A stretch of 62,975 nucleotides of DNA, the filler included, from Octopus bimaculoides (Eukaryota), in assembly GCF_001194135.2 (NCBI RefSeq). It is 5 parts of 4 records of this genome, joined end to end, with 100 filler letters (N's around TTAATTAATTAA, not from the genome) between each part and the next. Parts side by side here need not be neighbours in the genome. Positions count along the whole stretch, not along the records: positions 1 to 17,175 come from NC_068984.1; 4 more parts are not named here. The stretch is one strand, 5' to 3'. The translations under genes were made by a program, and so were the position numbers. The notes under the pieces are model-generated. The model saw only the letters and a program-made list of their open reading frames with translations. It was not told where the DNA came from and made no database searches. This document shows positions 1 through 12,842 of this stretch, piece after piece (position 1 is the first letter of the stretch; each line of letters opens with the position of its first letter).

Positions 1-9
1 ATATAGTGG

Positions 10-120
10 TTTGTCAAAAAAGATCCGATAGAATAAGTACCAAAATAAGTATTGATTTATTCAATTAGACCCTTCGAGGCCGTGCCCCACCATGGGCCAC
101 AGTTCAATGAAGTAAAAAAT
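10..120 (+). mobile_element. 3' tail fragment of octopus OR-type tRNA-derived SINE
   Basis: GATCCGATAGAATAAGTACC...GGCCGTGCCCCACCATGGGCCACAGTTCAATGA is a diverged match to the SINE tail seen at about 37015-37130. Confidence 0.6.
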
Positions 121-1294
121 AACAGATTTTATGTCTTCTATTTTACAATTATTTTATACTTTTGATTCTGTTATAATAGCTTTTGCAATATTCAGGATTT
201 CACAAAAATATCTCTAAAACGTGCCCCAGCGAGGCCACCACCCTGTGGCTGGAGTCAATAAAAAAGTAAACGATGATTGCTGAACAGACCTAGGATTAAA
301 AGCATTCCATCCGTGACCTGCTAGGACAACAACAACAACAACTACTACTATCACCCCCACTACCCCACCAACAACAACATAAGTACCACTACCATCACCA
401 TCACCATCATCAACACCGCCACCACCACCCCTACCACCAACATTTTGTATCCACTCTTCAAGCTGCGTATCTATGGAGGAAGGATTTCGCTACATCCTTC
501 ACCAGGACGTCAGCTTTCGGAATTCCCTCCCTGCACATGTTTCTCCTGAAACTCACAACAAAAAGGACATCCACCGTGTCCATCGCACGGTTTCTCGAAG
601 GGCCTTCAAAGGATACTGGTGTAAAACTCTCCCCTGTCGCTCCAAACATGACATAAAACAAAAATATAACATTTTCGAAAATAAGATGGCGACATTTTGA
701 TTAGAGATTGATTAAAGATCGATTGGAGTTAAACTTGGGTTAACAACGTTTTAATAGTCTATAATCTCTCACAACACTCCGACACCATCCTAATATCACT
801 TAATCCAGACAAACATAACACAGTAGCCATGGCATCAGTGACGTCATTAGCCCTAACAGTCTACTGGAGCACATCGTCATTAATTCACTGAGAAAGCATT
901 GGCCGATCGGGGGCTTTAGTAGAAGACTTTTGCCCAAAGTGTCGTGCAGTGAGACTGAACCGGAAATCACATAGTTGCAACGCGAGCTTCTTAAACACAC
1001 AGTCATGGCCGCAATCACGTTTTTTTTTGTTTAAAGGTAGGGCGTGTTCAGATGGAGATTTAGCTGCGACTTCCAGCAGGTCGATTGACAACGTGGAGCT
1101 CTCCACCCTCTTTAATTTGTGGCTTTATAACCCAGAAACTACCGATATATAAGATAAGAAGAGAATGATACGATACATAATGGGATATAGGTCTGTTGAG
1201 AATATGATGAAGTCTAGAACAGGAGAAACTGGTGAGATTCTTTGTTGACAACAACAGTAAATATTCATTATCATGGTCAATAAGTTTTTTTAAA

Positions 1295-1331
1295 AACTTG
1301 ACGTTTCGGTCGTTGATCTTCCGTCAGAGAG
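1295..1331 (-). ncRNA. Degenerate minimal hammerhead-like motif
   Basis: Minus strand reads CTCT-CTGACGGAA-GATC-AAC-GACC-GAAACGTC-AAG. The core is altered, helix II has a mismatch and helix I is poor. Confidence 0.3.
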
Positions 1332-1757
1332 GGATTATAGTCTGAAACATAATACTTGCTTCTGTTGCAAACGACAAATTTATTGACATCTAAAACGTCT
1401 CTTTGATTTTGTTGAAAAAAGTTGAATAAAGCACAGATGCTTTTAATGGCATGGTAGAATCAATTTTTGAGCTTGTCCCTTTTTAAAAACAAAATAGTCA
1501 ATGAAAGAAAACGTCCAGGAAATTATTTCGTATTATTGATAAGAAAGTAGCACGTATAAGTTAATGAAAGAACCAATATTCAGGAACATGTATATATAAA
1601 CAGACATTTACAAAAGCAAACATGTACACATTATATATTTACATATATGCGTGTGTGTATGTTCTCTCTTTCCATTTCTTTTTACCTTCTCTCTCCCCCC
1701 CCTCTCTCTCTGTTTGTATGTATGTCTACTATGCACGTATAAATATTCCAGACTGAC

Positions 1758-2063
1758 CTTTTTCCAATGGTGCTTTCTTGTACTTCTCCAGTCTCTTCAC
1801 TGCTATAGATTCCAGTTTCACCCTAGCCGCTGGGTATTCTTTGAGAACATCCCACAAGTCTTGTTTTGACAAACAGAACAAGTCTGAATAACCCACAGAC
1901 CTCACTGATGCTGTGCGTCGATTTCCAGCTGTACCCATGTTAAGAATACTTATCTCTCCGAAGTAGCTACCCGGCTTCAAAGTGGCCAGAACTGTTTTGC
2001 CATTGTCTGCCACAACTTGCAGCCGACCTCTGTTTACGATGTACATCTCTTTGCCGACCTCAC
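1758..2063 (-). CDS. Internal exon of a cyclic nucleotide-gated (CNG) cation channel encoding the cyclic-nucleotide-binding domain and C-helix
   Basis: Translation [102 protein letters not shown] has the CNBD motifs FGEISIL and RRTASVRS. Acceptor is ctttgttttcag|GT at 2063 and donor is AAAG|gtcagt at 1758. Length 306 nt, phase 1 at both ends. From memory it resembles the Drosophila CG42260-type CNG subunits (not searched). Confidence 0.95.
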
Positions 2064-2444
2064 CTGAAAACAAAGAACTGAATTAATATAGACAGATAAC
2101 ATTCAACGGAAAGGTAAGCATTACAGCGATGAAGTATGTTATGCATGTAGCAAATGATATAATTGCAAGTTCGAACAATTTAAGAATTCATAGAGATTCC
2201 AAAACTGATTTCAAATTTTGTTACAAGGCCAGCAAGTTCGGTGAAAGGGATAAATCAATTGCATCGACCCCCCAGTTCTCGATCTTTCTCTCTAATTCTA
2301 AATAAGAATATAATAACGAGTCAATCATCACTTATTTCTGACACTATCGACCCCGAAAAGATAAAAGGCGGAATTTGAACTTATTATTTAGCTCGTGAGC
2401 TAACGACTTTGCCAGTTAATGTTATTAATAAATAAATATATTAA

Positions 2445-2645
2445 GGCGGCGAGCTGGCAGAAACGTTAGCACGCCGGGCGAAATGCTTGGCGGTATTTCG
2501 TCTGCCGTTACGTTCTGAGTTCAAATTCTGCCGAGGCCGACTTTGCCTTTCATCCTTTCGGGGGTCGTTAAATTAAGTACCAATTGCGTACTGTGGTCCA
2601 TCTAATCGACTGGCCCCGTCCCCAAACATTTCGGGCTTTGTGGCT
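2445..2645 (+). mobile_element. tRNA-derived SINE with a GGTCGACTTTGCCTTTCATCCTTTCGGGGTCGATAAA core (Meta-domain-like from memory)
   Basis: Head GGCGGCGAGCTGGCAGAAACGTTAGC, B-box-like GAGTTCAAATTC and the core. Many other copies are in the window. Confidence 0.85.
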
Positions 2646-3070
2646 NNNNNNNNNNNNNNNNNNNNNNNNNNNNNNNNNNNNNNNNNNNNNNNNNNNNNNN
2701 NNNNNNNNNNNNNNNNNNNNNNNNNNNNNNNNNNNNNNNNNNNNNNNNNNNNNNNNNNNNNNNNNNNNNNNNNNNNNNNNNNNNNNNNNNNNNNNNNNNN
2801 NNNNNNNNNNNNNNNNNNNNNNNNNNNNNNNNNNNNNNNNNNNNNNNNNNNNNNNNNNNNNNNNNNNNNNNNNNNNNNNCATGTGCTGTGCGTTGGCTCA
2901 TCTGTTCCTCCATCAAATCGACGTTGTTTGAACAGGTGCACACATGTGTACTATGCATCAGGTGTCGAAGTAATCGCAGTGCAACGCACCACCCCGTCTA
3001 GGGTGAGATATCCTATCCACTAGGTCATGCGCCATAAACAAATAATGATGATAATAATAATAATAATAAT

Positions 3071-3286
3071 AATCCTTTCTACTGGAAGCACAAGGCCTCA
3101 AATTTGGGAGAAGGGATTAAGTCGATTACATCGATCCCAGAGCGTAACTGGTACTTATTTAATCGACCCCGAAAGGATGAAAGGCAAAGTCGAGCCCGGT
3201 AGAATCTGAACTCAGAACGTAGCGGTAGACGAAATACTGCTTAGCATCTCGCCCGGTTGCTAACGATTCAACCACCTTAGCCGCCT
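3071..3286 (-). mobile_element. Same SINE family, reverse orientation
   Basis: Reverse-complement match to 2445-2645, including ATCGACCCCGAAAGGATGAAAGGCAAAGTCGA. Confidence 0.85.
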
Positions 3287-3860
3287 TTAATAATAATAAT
3301 AATAATAAATAAACAACTAATACTAACAATAGGAAGAGGGACAATAGAAATAAGAATAACAAGGAAGATGATAACATCAATAATAGTGTATATATATATA
3401 TATATATATATATATCACACACACATATACACACGCACACACACTCACACATATACGCAGATACACACATACACACGCACACAGAGTATAAAACCTTATG
3501 AAAAAATATATTTTACTCTACACTTCAACTTGACACCTTTGTTCAGTTAATGTTTCCTGTTTTTATAATTTAAGGTCGCACAAACACTTGAATTTATACG
3601 GAAACGCATATACGAGTGAATGATTGTCAAAGCATCCATAAGTTATTTTAGAAAATCGCATATTTTCCAGTAGAGTTGGTATATTAATCATAGTGTTCAA
3701 TATCATATATCGATTTAAGCCGATTTTAACAATCGGTTTTGCACTGAGCATTAAACATAATATTAATTAGATAATGATACGGTTATGTAATACCGTTTGG
3801 TCATCAGAACTATATCTTTTCTCTATGTATGTATATACATCTTTAAATGTGTGTGTGTAA

Positions 3861-3891
3861 GAGAGAGAGAGAGAGAGAGAGATAGAGAGAT

Positions 3892-3926
<35 letters not shown>

Positions 3927-3933
3927 TAGAGAT

Positions 3934-3982
<49 letters not shown>
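3861..3982. repeat. (AG)n microsatellite
   Basis: About 120 bp of AG/AGAT/AGAA units. It is representative of dozens of (CA)n, (TA)n, (ATAC)n and (TAA)n tracts in the window. Confidence 0.95.
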
Positions 3983-3986
<4 letters not shown>

Positions 3987-5715
3987 ACTTGGCTCAATGG
4001 TTAGGGCATCGGGTTTGCAATCATGAGTGGTGAATTCGGCTCTGGTTCAATTAATCTTCAACTATCAACAAATCGAAACGCTGCCATTCCATTGCAGACT
4101 CACCTCCTTTCCAATCCGACATTGAAGGATTCTAAACACAACTGGAACGATATTAAGTGTAAGCATTCTCTTGTTCAGTTATTCGTTGGGGAAGATCAAT
4201 GAAATAGGGAGGGTATGCTGGCCTCCTCATCACCATGTTCCTGGTGTATGGCTGAATACGTTCCCCAAGGCTCCTTCACCGTTATAGGACTGAACCCGAA
4301 ACCACGTGGTTGCAAAGCTTGCATCTTAACTACATAGCCATGTCTGCGCCTTTGGCAAACATTTTAGCGAGAATTGTCTCTGTACCGGTTTGGTTCAGCG
4401 TATTATCGCATCAATGTGCGATGCTTTCTTTTTTTAGTAAGACGATGGATATGCATGATAAGTCCTGCGGTCATTTTGTCATTTTCTTCTTTACACCCCA
4501 ATAAAAATTCCATTTGTTCAACATGTGTTGAAATGCGGAACTTCCAGATTTGAACGGAAATGGGGATCAGCGCCTGAACATTGCGAATTCTTTACATAAA
4601 ATTATGGGAATTTTGTATTTTGAATGCAACACATTCCTCGCCTTTCCCATTGCACAATCTTCGTCGAAGTCTGTTCAGTTGCGTCTACAAAAGATGTCAA
4701 ATCCACAAAATTGACCAACTTATACATTTTCTAACCTTTCACCTTTGACACTACAGATGTGCAAGGCCCTTCAGTGACCCAACAGTACCTTAGCTGTCAC
4801 CTTGTTGACACTTGGAATGCTCAAACAGAAACGTCCTGCAAGTTTTAGAGAATTTCTATTCTAATTCTTCGTGGAACTGCCGCCAGCGTTATGGCTTGTT
4901 TAAAGAATCTTCAAATCAGTAATGGAATACCACCAAAGAATACCTACACACAAATGGCAGAATATTGAGATTACTCTGACTAAACCTACCATATTCATAT
5001 ATACATTACTTTAATTACACACACACACACGCATACATACATACACACACAGACAACAGACACACATATACATATGTATGTATGTATTTATTTATTTATG
5101 TGTACATGTATGTATACATATATGTATGTACGTATATATGTATGTGTGTATGCATGCATGTATGTATATAAGTGTATGTATACATGTNNNNNNNNNNNNN
5201 NNNNNNNNNNNNNNNNNNNNNNNNNNNNNNNNNNNNNNNNNNNNNNNNNNNNNNNNNNNNNNNNNNNNNNNNNNNNNNNNNNNNNNNNNNNNNNNNNNNN
5301 NNNNNNNNNNNNNNNACACACACACACACACACACACAGAGTCACGTGTATATGTATTTCAGAAACTAATCTCCAACGCTATATACCCTCGGTACATTGC
5401 AAATATAAATTGAGAGCTCATATTACATTTCAGTTAAGTTATATAATCTTTATTGCGTAGGAAATATACACGCACACACACACACGTATACACACACACA
5501 CACACATACATACACGTGTATATAATCATACATAGGTGGTTTTTAAGTATATTTACTTCGAATATCAAGAAAAGATTTGCTATTCTATTTCTATTATTGC
5601 TGCAGAAACTGTAAAATGAAGCTCAGAGTTGCAATTGTAGAGTTTCGTCAAAATATCATTCGATTATGTTATTCTACTTTATTCTTTTTGTCTGCATTAT
5701 GCACACTGATATGTA

Positions 5716-5749
<34 letters not shown>

Positions 5750-5771
5750 CTATTATTATTATTATTATTAT

Positions 5772-8700
5772 TTGTAACTCAGGTTTTGTTGGAACTCCTG
5801 CAGTCTTGCATGCGTAGCGGCTTTGCCACATGCAGACTACGCTACCATGCTATCTGTTCAACTATCTAATACTTTCCTGATTATTCTGGCCGTGCCACGG
5901 AGGCAAGCCTTGATGCCTTCTGATATTGTCCCCAAGGACCCAACAGTAATTGGCACTATTTTTATCTTCTTCATTTTCCATACTCGAACAATTTCGCACT
6001 CAAGAGGATTGCACACGATTTTTTCCGCATTCTTTCTTGACTATTCGTGGGTCAAAGGAGCACGCAACATCAAATATTATAGCACATGTGGTGCACCTTA
6101 TCCACCACCTGGTGGACAAGGTACCTGATGTGTCACGTGTCTGGTACCTGATGTGTTTCGATTGAGAAATCCCACAGGATTTTACAAGTATCCGACTCCA
6201 CCACTCTCTACGGTTTGTGCTTATACCACATCTTGCCTCTCTCTAGACACCACTTTTCGAACAATTTCTAATGTAGCACAATCGCTACCTGATCGTGTCA
6301 CCACAACTTGTAGTGTTTTGGGGCAAGTCTAAGGCATTCGTTCGCGATATGGAAAATGGTTTCGTCCACTCTATTACAAATGCAGTACAGTGGAGACACT
6401 TGCTCATTCCTAAGGTTGATCCTTTGTGGCCAAATCTTGTCTACCAGTATGGAATTATCAGTCTCTTTTTTTCTCAGTGTTCCTTTCTTCTGTCAATCCC
6501 TCCTATGTTTTCCAGAAACTTCACTTGTGGCCATATGGAATTGATTATGGAGACCCTTGCTGCGTAATGCTTTTTCACGTCGCTTTTGCACTTCGTGTTT
6601 TGTTTTTCCCTTTTTCTCTCTCAATTTTTAATACGCCCCCATTTTTAACTGACACTAGCGAGGTTTCCTTACTTTGGGATAGGTATCTTATTAGCTCCCG
6701 AGTTCGATACGTACACAGTCTTCCACACTTATCAATCCCCTTCCTCCATTTGCTCTCTTCGTGTACTGGAGGATCAGTGTCTGCACGTGGCCGATGGGCT
6801 CCATGCATCGCTAGGAACTTTCTTATCTTCCTGTCCAACTCTTTTTATCCCTCCTCTGTCCACTTCACAATTCCAACGCCATACCAAACTATTACGACTG
6901 CGTGCGAGTTTATTGTCGAAATTATCTTTCGAAAATTTAGCGTTGAAGCCAATATTTTTCTCACCCACCGCAGATACTCTTTCTTTGTCTTTTGTCTTAT
7001 ATCGTTGCGTTTAATTCCATCTGTCTCAAGTATTCACGGATATTCATATCCAAGTTCAGGCTCAATTGCCTCCATGGTTTCATCACTTGGCAACCCTGTG
7101 CCTCTTCTCTCCTCACAAGTTTTCCTCATCTCCTCACCATCGTAGCGCTTTTTGGGAATCCAAATCCCATCTTGATATCATTTTAGAAAATTTGCACAGA
7201 CTGGACAAGGCTGTCCAGTTCTGCCTCACTTTTTCTGAACAACTTCAAGTCATCCTTGAATAGCAAGTAGTTTAGCTTTCTCTACCGCTTCCCAGATCAT
7301 ACCCCAACTTTGCCTTCTGTAATATTTCACACACACACCCAGCACAAAGACCAGTGGAGATGCATCTTCCCCCTGGAAGACTCCTCTCTTGATTTTCAAT
7401 ACTCAATTTCCTGCTCTCAGTTCAGTTCTCCAACATTTCATACTGTTCCATGTTTTCTGCTACTCCATACGTTTCTATCGTTCTTGTTATCCAAGAGTGT
7501 GCTATAGTAAGATTTGCGACAATCAATCAATGCCATTCTCAGGTTTGTGTGACTTCTCTTGCTGTTCCTTCGTTCCCCGGCTCCTCCTTCAGCACTCTTT
7601 CTGTTCAATAGGTAGCAGCCCACTTTTTTCTAAGTATCCATACAGTTCACCGGCCAAAGCACCTGGCAATGGTTTCCACATTAGCGGAAGACATGTTATT
7701 GGTCGAAAACTGGATACAATATTATCCTTTTCAAGAATCCTTGGCACACAACAATGTCTTTCCCTTTGTCATCCAGCTGGGTACTGAGCCTTCCTGCCAG
7801 CACTCATCTACCAGTTGCACTATCCTTTTATGCACTATCTTTTTATGCACTACCCTTTTATGCACTATCCTTTTATCAATTTCTTCATCCAATAATCCTT
7901 GGATACCATNNNNNNNNNNCTTCCTGCCAGCACTCATCTACCAGTTGCACTATCCTTTTATGCACTATCCTTTTATGCACTACCCTTTAATGCACTATCC
8001 TTTTATCAATTTCTTCATCCAATAATCCTTGGATACCATCCGCCCTTGGGCACTTTTAATTTGGGGTTTTCCTTAACTGTTTTTGTTTTTAGTGATTTCT
8101 GTAGTTATTTTTATGTTGTCTTGGCCTTCTATATTTCTTAACCTATCTTGGATTTCATGCAGCCATCCTGCTTCCTCATTATGCTTTACAGGTTGATCCC
8201 AAATTCTTCTCCAGAATGCCCTGCTTTTGTCTGCACCTGATACCAATGTTACGTGTAATTGCCCATCCCAGTTCCTGAACCAGCCTTTTCCGATTGGCTT
8301 CAAAACCTTCCGTTTTGCCTGAATTACTTTGTTCTATTGTCGTATCTTTCCAGTTTTGCTTTGATTGATACTACTCTTTGTTTCAATTCTTCCAATATCA
8401 CATCATACCCTTTATTTCTTCTTATTCCATATGTTCTTTTTTGTCTTTTTCTTAGGTTTTCGTTTTGCAGTTCCCCTCTTTTCAATCTATCAACTTATCC
8501 TCACAAATTCTTCTACAAATGTTTCTCTTCTTTTCTATTCAACTCTTTCTGCCGCAACTAAAACAAAAGCCTAAAGAATCTTGTTGGTTTCAGTTATATT
8601 TCCCGTCTGGAATAGTCCGAAGACAGAATCTGTCTCTTTAGTTTCCGCTTTTAGCTTGTGCCTATCTACATACCTCAGATTGGCGGGTGTTTAATCCTGA

Positions 8701-8785
8701 TTGTCTCTAATATATCGGCACATCATCCCAACTATGTCTTCTCTTCTTGGTCGTCTATTAGCTTTTGTGGCTAATAAAAAGAATT
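5772..8785 (-). mobile_element. R4/Dong-like (R2 superfamily) non-LTR retrotransposon, 5'-truncated and degenerate
   Basis: Minus-strand fragments: LRYVDRHKL..NITETNK, EGSVPSWMTKGKTLL, HTNLRMALIDCRKSY, RGVFQG..DASPLVFV, RT motif LLFKDDLKLF and C-terminal IVPITVGSLGT. (TAA)n tract at the 3' end. Many stops and frameshifts. Confidence 0.85.
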
Positions 8786-8869
8786 TATTATTATTATTAT
8801 TTTGTTCGTGGATTTCAAAGAGGAAGGGTGGATGTTCGTGAGCAGTAAGTTTTTGTTCAGTTTTTACAA

Positions 8870-11800
8870 ATAATATTGTTGTATCTGAAAATTTTTTACG
8901 ACATTTCTGTAGCCAGGCCGACTGGGCTCTTGCTGAGCTGAGCGGTTAGGTAGAACTTTACCGCTTTTGGGACTAATTTTCAATTTAAATTCTACATTTT
9001 TTTCATTTTTCAATTTAAAAATTTGCAAAATGTCCTTGGAGAAGAGTGTCAGCTCTTCCTCTCTTTTAGACTTCCTCCTCTGCCATCGGAAAACAGCCAA
9101 AAAAGTTTTTAAATTAATTGTCTCCGTCTTCTCCACGCCTTAAAAGCAGAGAAAAAGACGATCAACGTCTTTCCAGCACGTACAACGCTAAGCAACAGAA
9201 GGAAAAAGAAGAAAAGAAAGGCGAGAAAGAAGAGGAAAGGAACAAGGAAATTCAGCTAATGGACTCTGCCAGCGTCGCAACACCTGTGAATCTAAGCCTT
9301 CCCCCCACTACCACCACTAACACATTGAACACTCAACAACAACAACAGCTCAATGCATTAAACAACCGAGGTTTTGCTTCAATGGCAAAACCTAGAAATG
9401 AATTCATTAATGTTTGTGTAGAATCTCTCAAAGACTACAGAAACATGTTAAATAGAAGCGAAGATGTGTTTCGATAAATACACCTCCAGATATTATAGAC
9501 AATACAAACAAACGTGCCATAGTGTACACAACTCTATATATATTTTTAAAATAGACGTTTAGAAATTGCTACTAAGCAAGCGGTTGAAAAGTGCTTGCAA
9601 CTCATTTGGAAAGACGTAACATATCTGTGGAGGGGTAAGAATTATGGCACAATTGAAGTAAAATTTGCTACAGAAGACGTAGCAAAACAGCACTCAACAG
9701 CCCAGCTGAGAAACATTTTTTTCTAGTTCCAACACACTCGGTACGGCGCGTCGTCGAGATAAAATTACTGGAGATACCATCAGAAACGAAGGCTTACTGG
9801 ATTGCTGCAGCCGTCCTCCTCCACTCGGAAGATAAAATCAGAATCATCTAAGTCGAGAGACAACAGTACACCAACAAATAAACAAGCTGTACCCTCCAAA
9901 AATGCATTCAAAATCATCCGAAAACAACAACAGCAACAACACCTACGCTTCCAACAGAAAAAGTAAACGAAAATAACAAAAATACCACAAAACTCCCCGC
10001 CATAAACACAGACAACACAAACTTACTATTATACATAAAGAAAAACACAAACATCAAAATGACTGACTGTTTCCCCCACGGATAACACACCGCCACCACA
10101 CATACCGATGCTTCGAACATCGCAACATACATACAGGAACATAAAATCCAAATTTCCAGAGAGGCGGTTGGAGGCTTCAACACGAAAGTGTCCTGGAGTC
10201 TCTATAAATCTTTGGTCATGGAGACCACCACACCTCACTTAAGGAGCGCGATATCTGCCCCGCTCCCACCCCAGAGTGCTAATGGCAAGTAGTCCGCTCC
10301 TTTTTCTCCTTACCAGCCACTCAAATGGTCATACTCAAAATAAGTTGCATAAATGTACGTGGCCTGGGGTTCCCTTGGAAACAAGGTCAGTTACTCAACG
10401 ACCTCAGGTCACGAGGAACAGATGTAATAGCTATTACTGAATCCAGACCAACCGAACCGCGAGCTTTCGTGCCCATTTTCGATGATTACGAGATCTATGC
10501 ATCTCCGTGTCGGCGGGGAATGGGTGGTGGGGGTAGTGTAGTATTGTTTCGGAAAGGTGTGGATCTCAAAATAAGGTCAATCTTCTTGGACCTAGAAGAT
10601 AAGACCTAGAAGGTCATGGACGTCAATGGGGCCTTCAGACTGATGGCTGTTTACGCACCGGACAGGTGCAGGACACCCGGAATACTTCATGCGTCTGGAG
10701 GTCTTCCTGGGTACGTCCCTACCTTTAGTGTTAGTGGGCGATTTCGACGCTATTTTAGATGCACAAATTGGATTGTGTGGGGCTAGCCGATAGGAAAGGG
10801 AGTTGCAAAAGCCTCGCAAACCTGATCAGACACTTTCAACCGTCTGACAGGTCCCGACTGGGTTTCCCGAATGTGCCAATGTGGACATGGTCAAACCGCA
10901 CCGGAACATCCTGATCGTATCTAGATAGAGTATTTTGCAGGTCCTTAGATAGGGATAGTATTAGTTGTCCACAATTTCAAATACTCCGCTACACAGATCA
11001 CAAATCGTTAACCCGTAAGGTTGACTTAGATTGCATACGTAGACCGGGCCCCGGCAACAGGAAGCTGAACACGTTATTCACGGCGTATCAAGCTTACAGA
11101 AGCTGGATTAAAGAGTTAGTTCAGAAAGCTTTGACGGGGGCAATCGTTAACAATAAATGGTGATATAACCTAAAAAGGGCCATCAAAGTAGAATCACTTA
11201 AATCGAACAAAGTTTTAGCTGTAGAAAGAAATAGAAAGCTAGAAGAGGAGCTTAGGAAAAGTATTTCAACTGACGTGCTGGCAGCGAGGTTGGCCCTCGA
11301 TGAACACTTCAACGTCAAGCACGAAGGTTGCATTGTCAGAGTTAAGGCACGTTCTCGGAGACAAGAGGGAACCTATGCTGCCCGATGGGACCGGGTGGCT
11401 AAGGGGCAAAATGGCAACAAAAACACCATTCAATCTTTGATGGATTAAAATGGGTGCACAGTGAACGAGTCGGAGCAGATGTGAGCGGCTTTTCAGCAGC
11501 ATTTCGCCAAATTATGCGGGGCGAACGATGGGCGAGATCGCAGGATGGATTTCACTGCCTACCTCAATGACCTGCCACGACTCTCAGCAAGCGATGCGGA
11601 GTGTTGCGAAAGGCCGATAACAATTGAGGAAATACGGGACAGGATAATTGGCTGCACTCTGGAAACAAACCGCCGGGATTAGATGGTCTGCCCTACGAGC
11701 TTTATTCTAGTATACCAGACTTGTTTGCAGGCCTCTTGGCAGATATCTACTGCAACTGGCAACAGAATGAGAGAATTACCAAATCTGTGAGCCGAGGAGC

Positions 11801-12692
11801 AATGCTACTGCTGAGAAAGGATCCAAACAAGGGGGAGGTATTAGATAATTTTAGGCCCATCACTCTGCTTAATGCAGGCATGAAAATTTTGGCCAAAGTG
11901 TTAGTAAAGAGGTTGACGTTTGTCGTCAAGAAACTGGTTGGAGACACACAAACATGCGCCGTCCCAAACAGGTCCATCCACGACAACCTACACCACATGC
12001 ACTACATCGTGGAGAGGGTAGTTAAGAAACCTGGCATGGGTAGGCTCTGATCAATTTAGATCAGTCAAAAGCTTTTGATAGGGTTGACCATCAATATCTG
12101 GCGACTGTTCTCACGGCGGCCAGTTTCGGTCCGGTTTTCCACGGTTGGATCGCTGCCATTACTGTGATACCTGCTCGGTAGTCCGGGTGAATGGTAACCT
12201 ATCGCAACCATTCAACATCGTGTACTCGGTCCGTCAAGGGTACCCACTCGTGTTCCTTCTGTATCTACTGACCCTCGAGCCATCACTTGGGAAACTGGAG
12301 ACGTTGAGAGGCATCTCGCGTGTCAGTTGTGCTGGCATACGCAGACGACGTCACCGTCATAGTGTCGGACGACAAGCACATAGATCTGGTCAACGCTACA
12401 GTTAAAGAATAGGAGGAAGTAACGGGAGCATAGCTTAATCCGGAAAAGCCGGTGGGCCTGCAGCTCGGCACTTGGAGAGGCAGATCCATGCCAACCGACA
12501 GCGTTGTAGAACGTTGGATGGTCGGGCACGTGAAATTGTTCGGGGTCTGGTTCAAACCGGACCTCCAACTGGAGCAGAACTAGAGCAAGGTGACGGGCAG
12601 GGTAGCCAGTCTCAGTAAGACATGGGCCGAGAGGAAGCTATTCTTGAAAGGCCGAGCAGAGGTAGCGAACACGTACGTCGCCTTAGTCATTT
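8870..12692 (+). mobile_element. Tx1/L1-clade LINE with ORF1 (about 9118-10290) and ORF2 (AP endonuclease + RT, 10325-12690), 3'-truncated and degenerate
   Basis: Endonuclease start MVILKISCINVRGL..DVIAITES; RT fragments NFRPITLLNAGMKILAKVL, SVRQGYPL and AYADDVTVIVSD. ORF1 fragment RGKNYGTIEVKFATEDVA. Confidence 0.88.
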
Positions 12693-12725
12693 TATTTATT
12701 GGCATATACACACACATATAGTGAA

Positions 12726-12842
12726 GGCGCGTGGCTCAGTGGTTAGGGCATTAGGACCACTTGCACGTTAATTTCCCGAGCAAGCTGTTCCGTTGATCGG
12801 ATCAGCTGGGACCCTCGTCGTCGTAACCGACGGAGGGCTCCT
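12726..12842 (+). mobile_element. Short tRNA-derived SINE
   Basis: A-box-like GGCGCGTGGCTCAGTGGTTAG head followed by a GACCCTCGTCGTCGTAACCGACGG tail. Confidence 0.6.

Noticed and set aside
4104-4131. 28-nt minus-strand candidate exon with a perfect GAG|GTGAGT donor
   Set aside because: In the required phase it encodes NPSMSDWKG, not the conserved C-linker end. No other support.
7790-8040. About 120-bp tandem duplication around a 10-N gap
   Set aside because: Typical unmerged contig overlap. The same pattern occurs around the gap at 51076-51085.
7800-8040. Regular short repeats that might suggest a CRISPR array
   Set aside because: Contiguous 15-bp units without unique spacers, inside a eukaryotic LINE.
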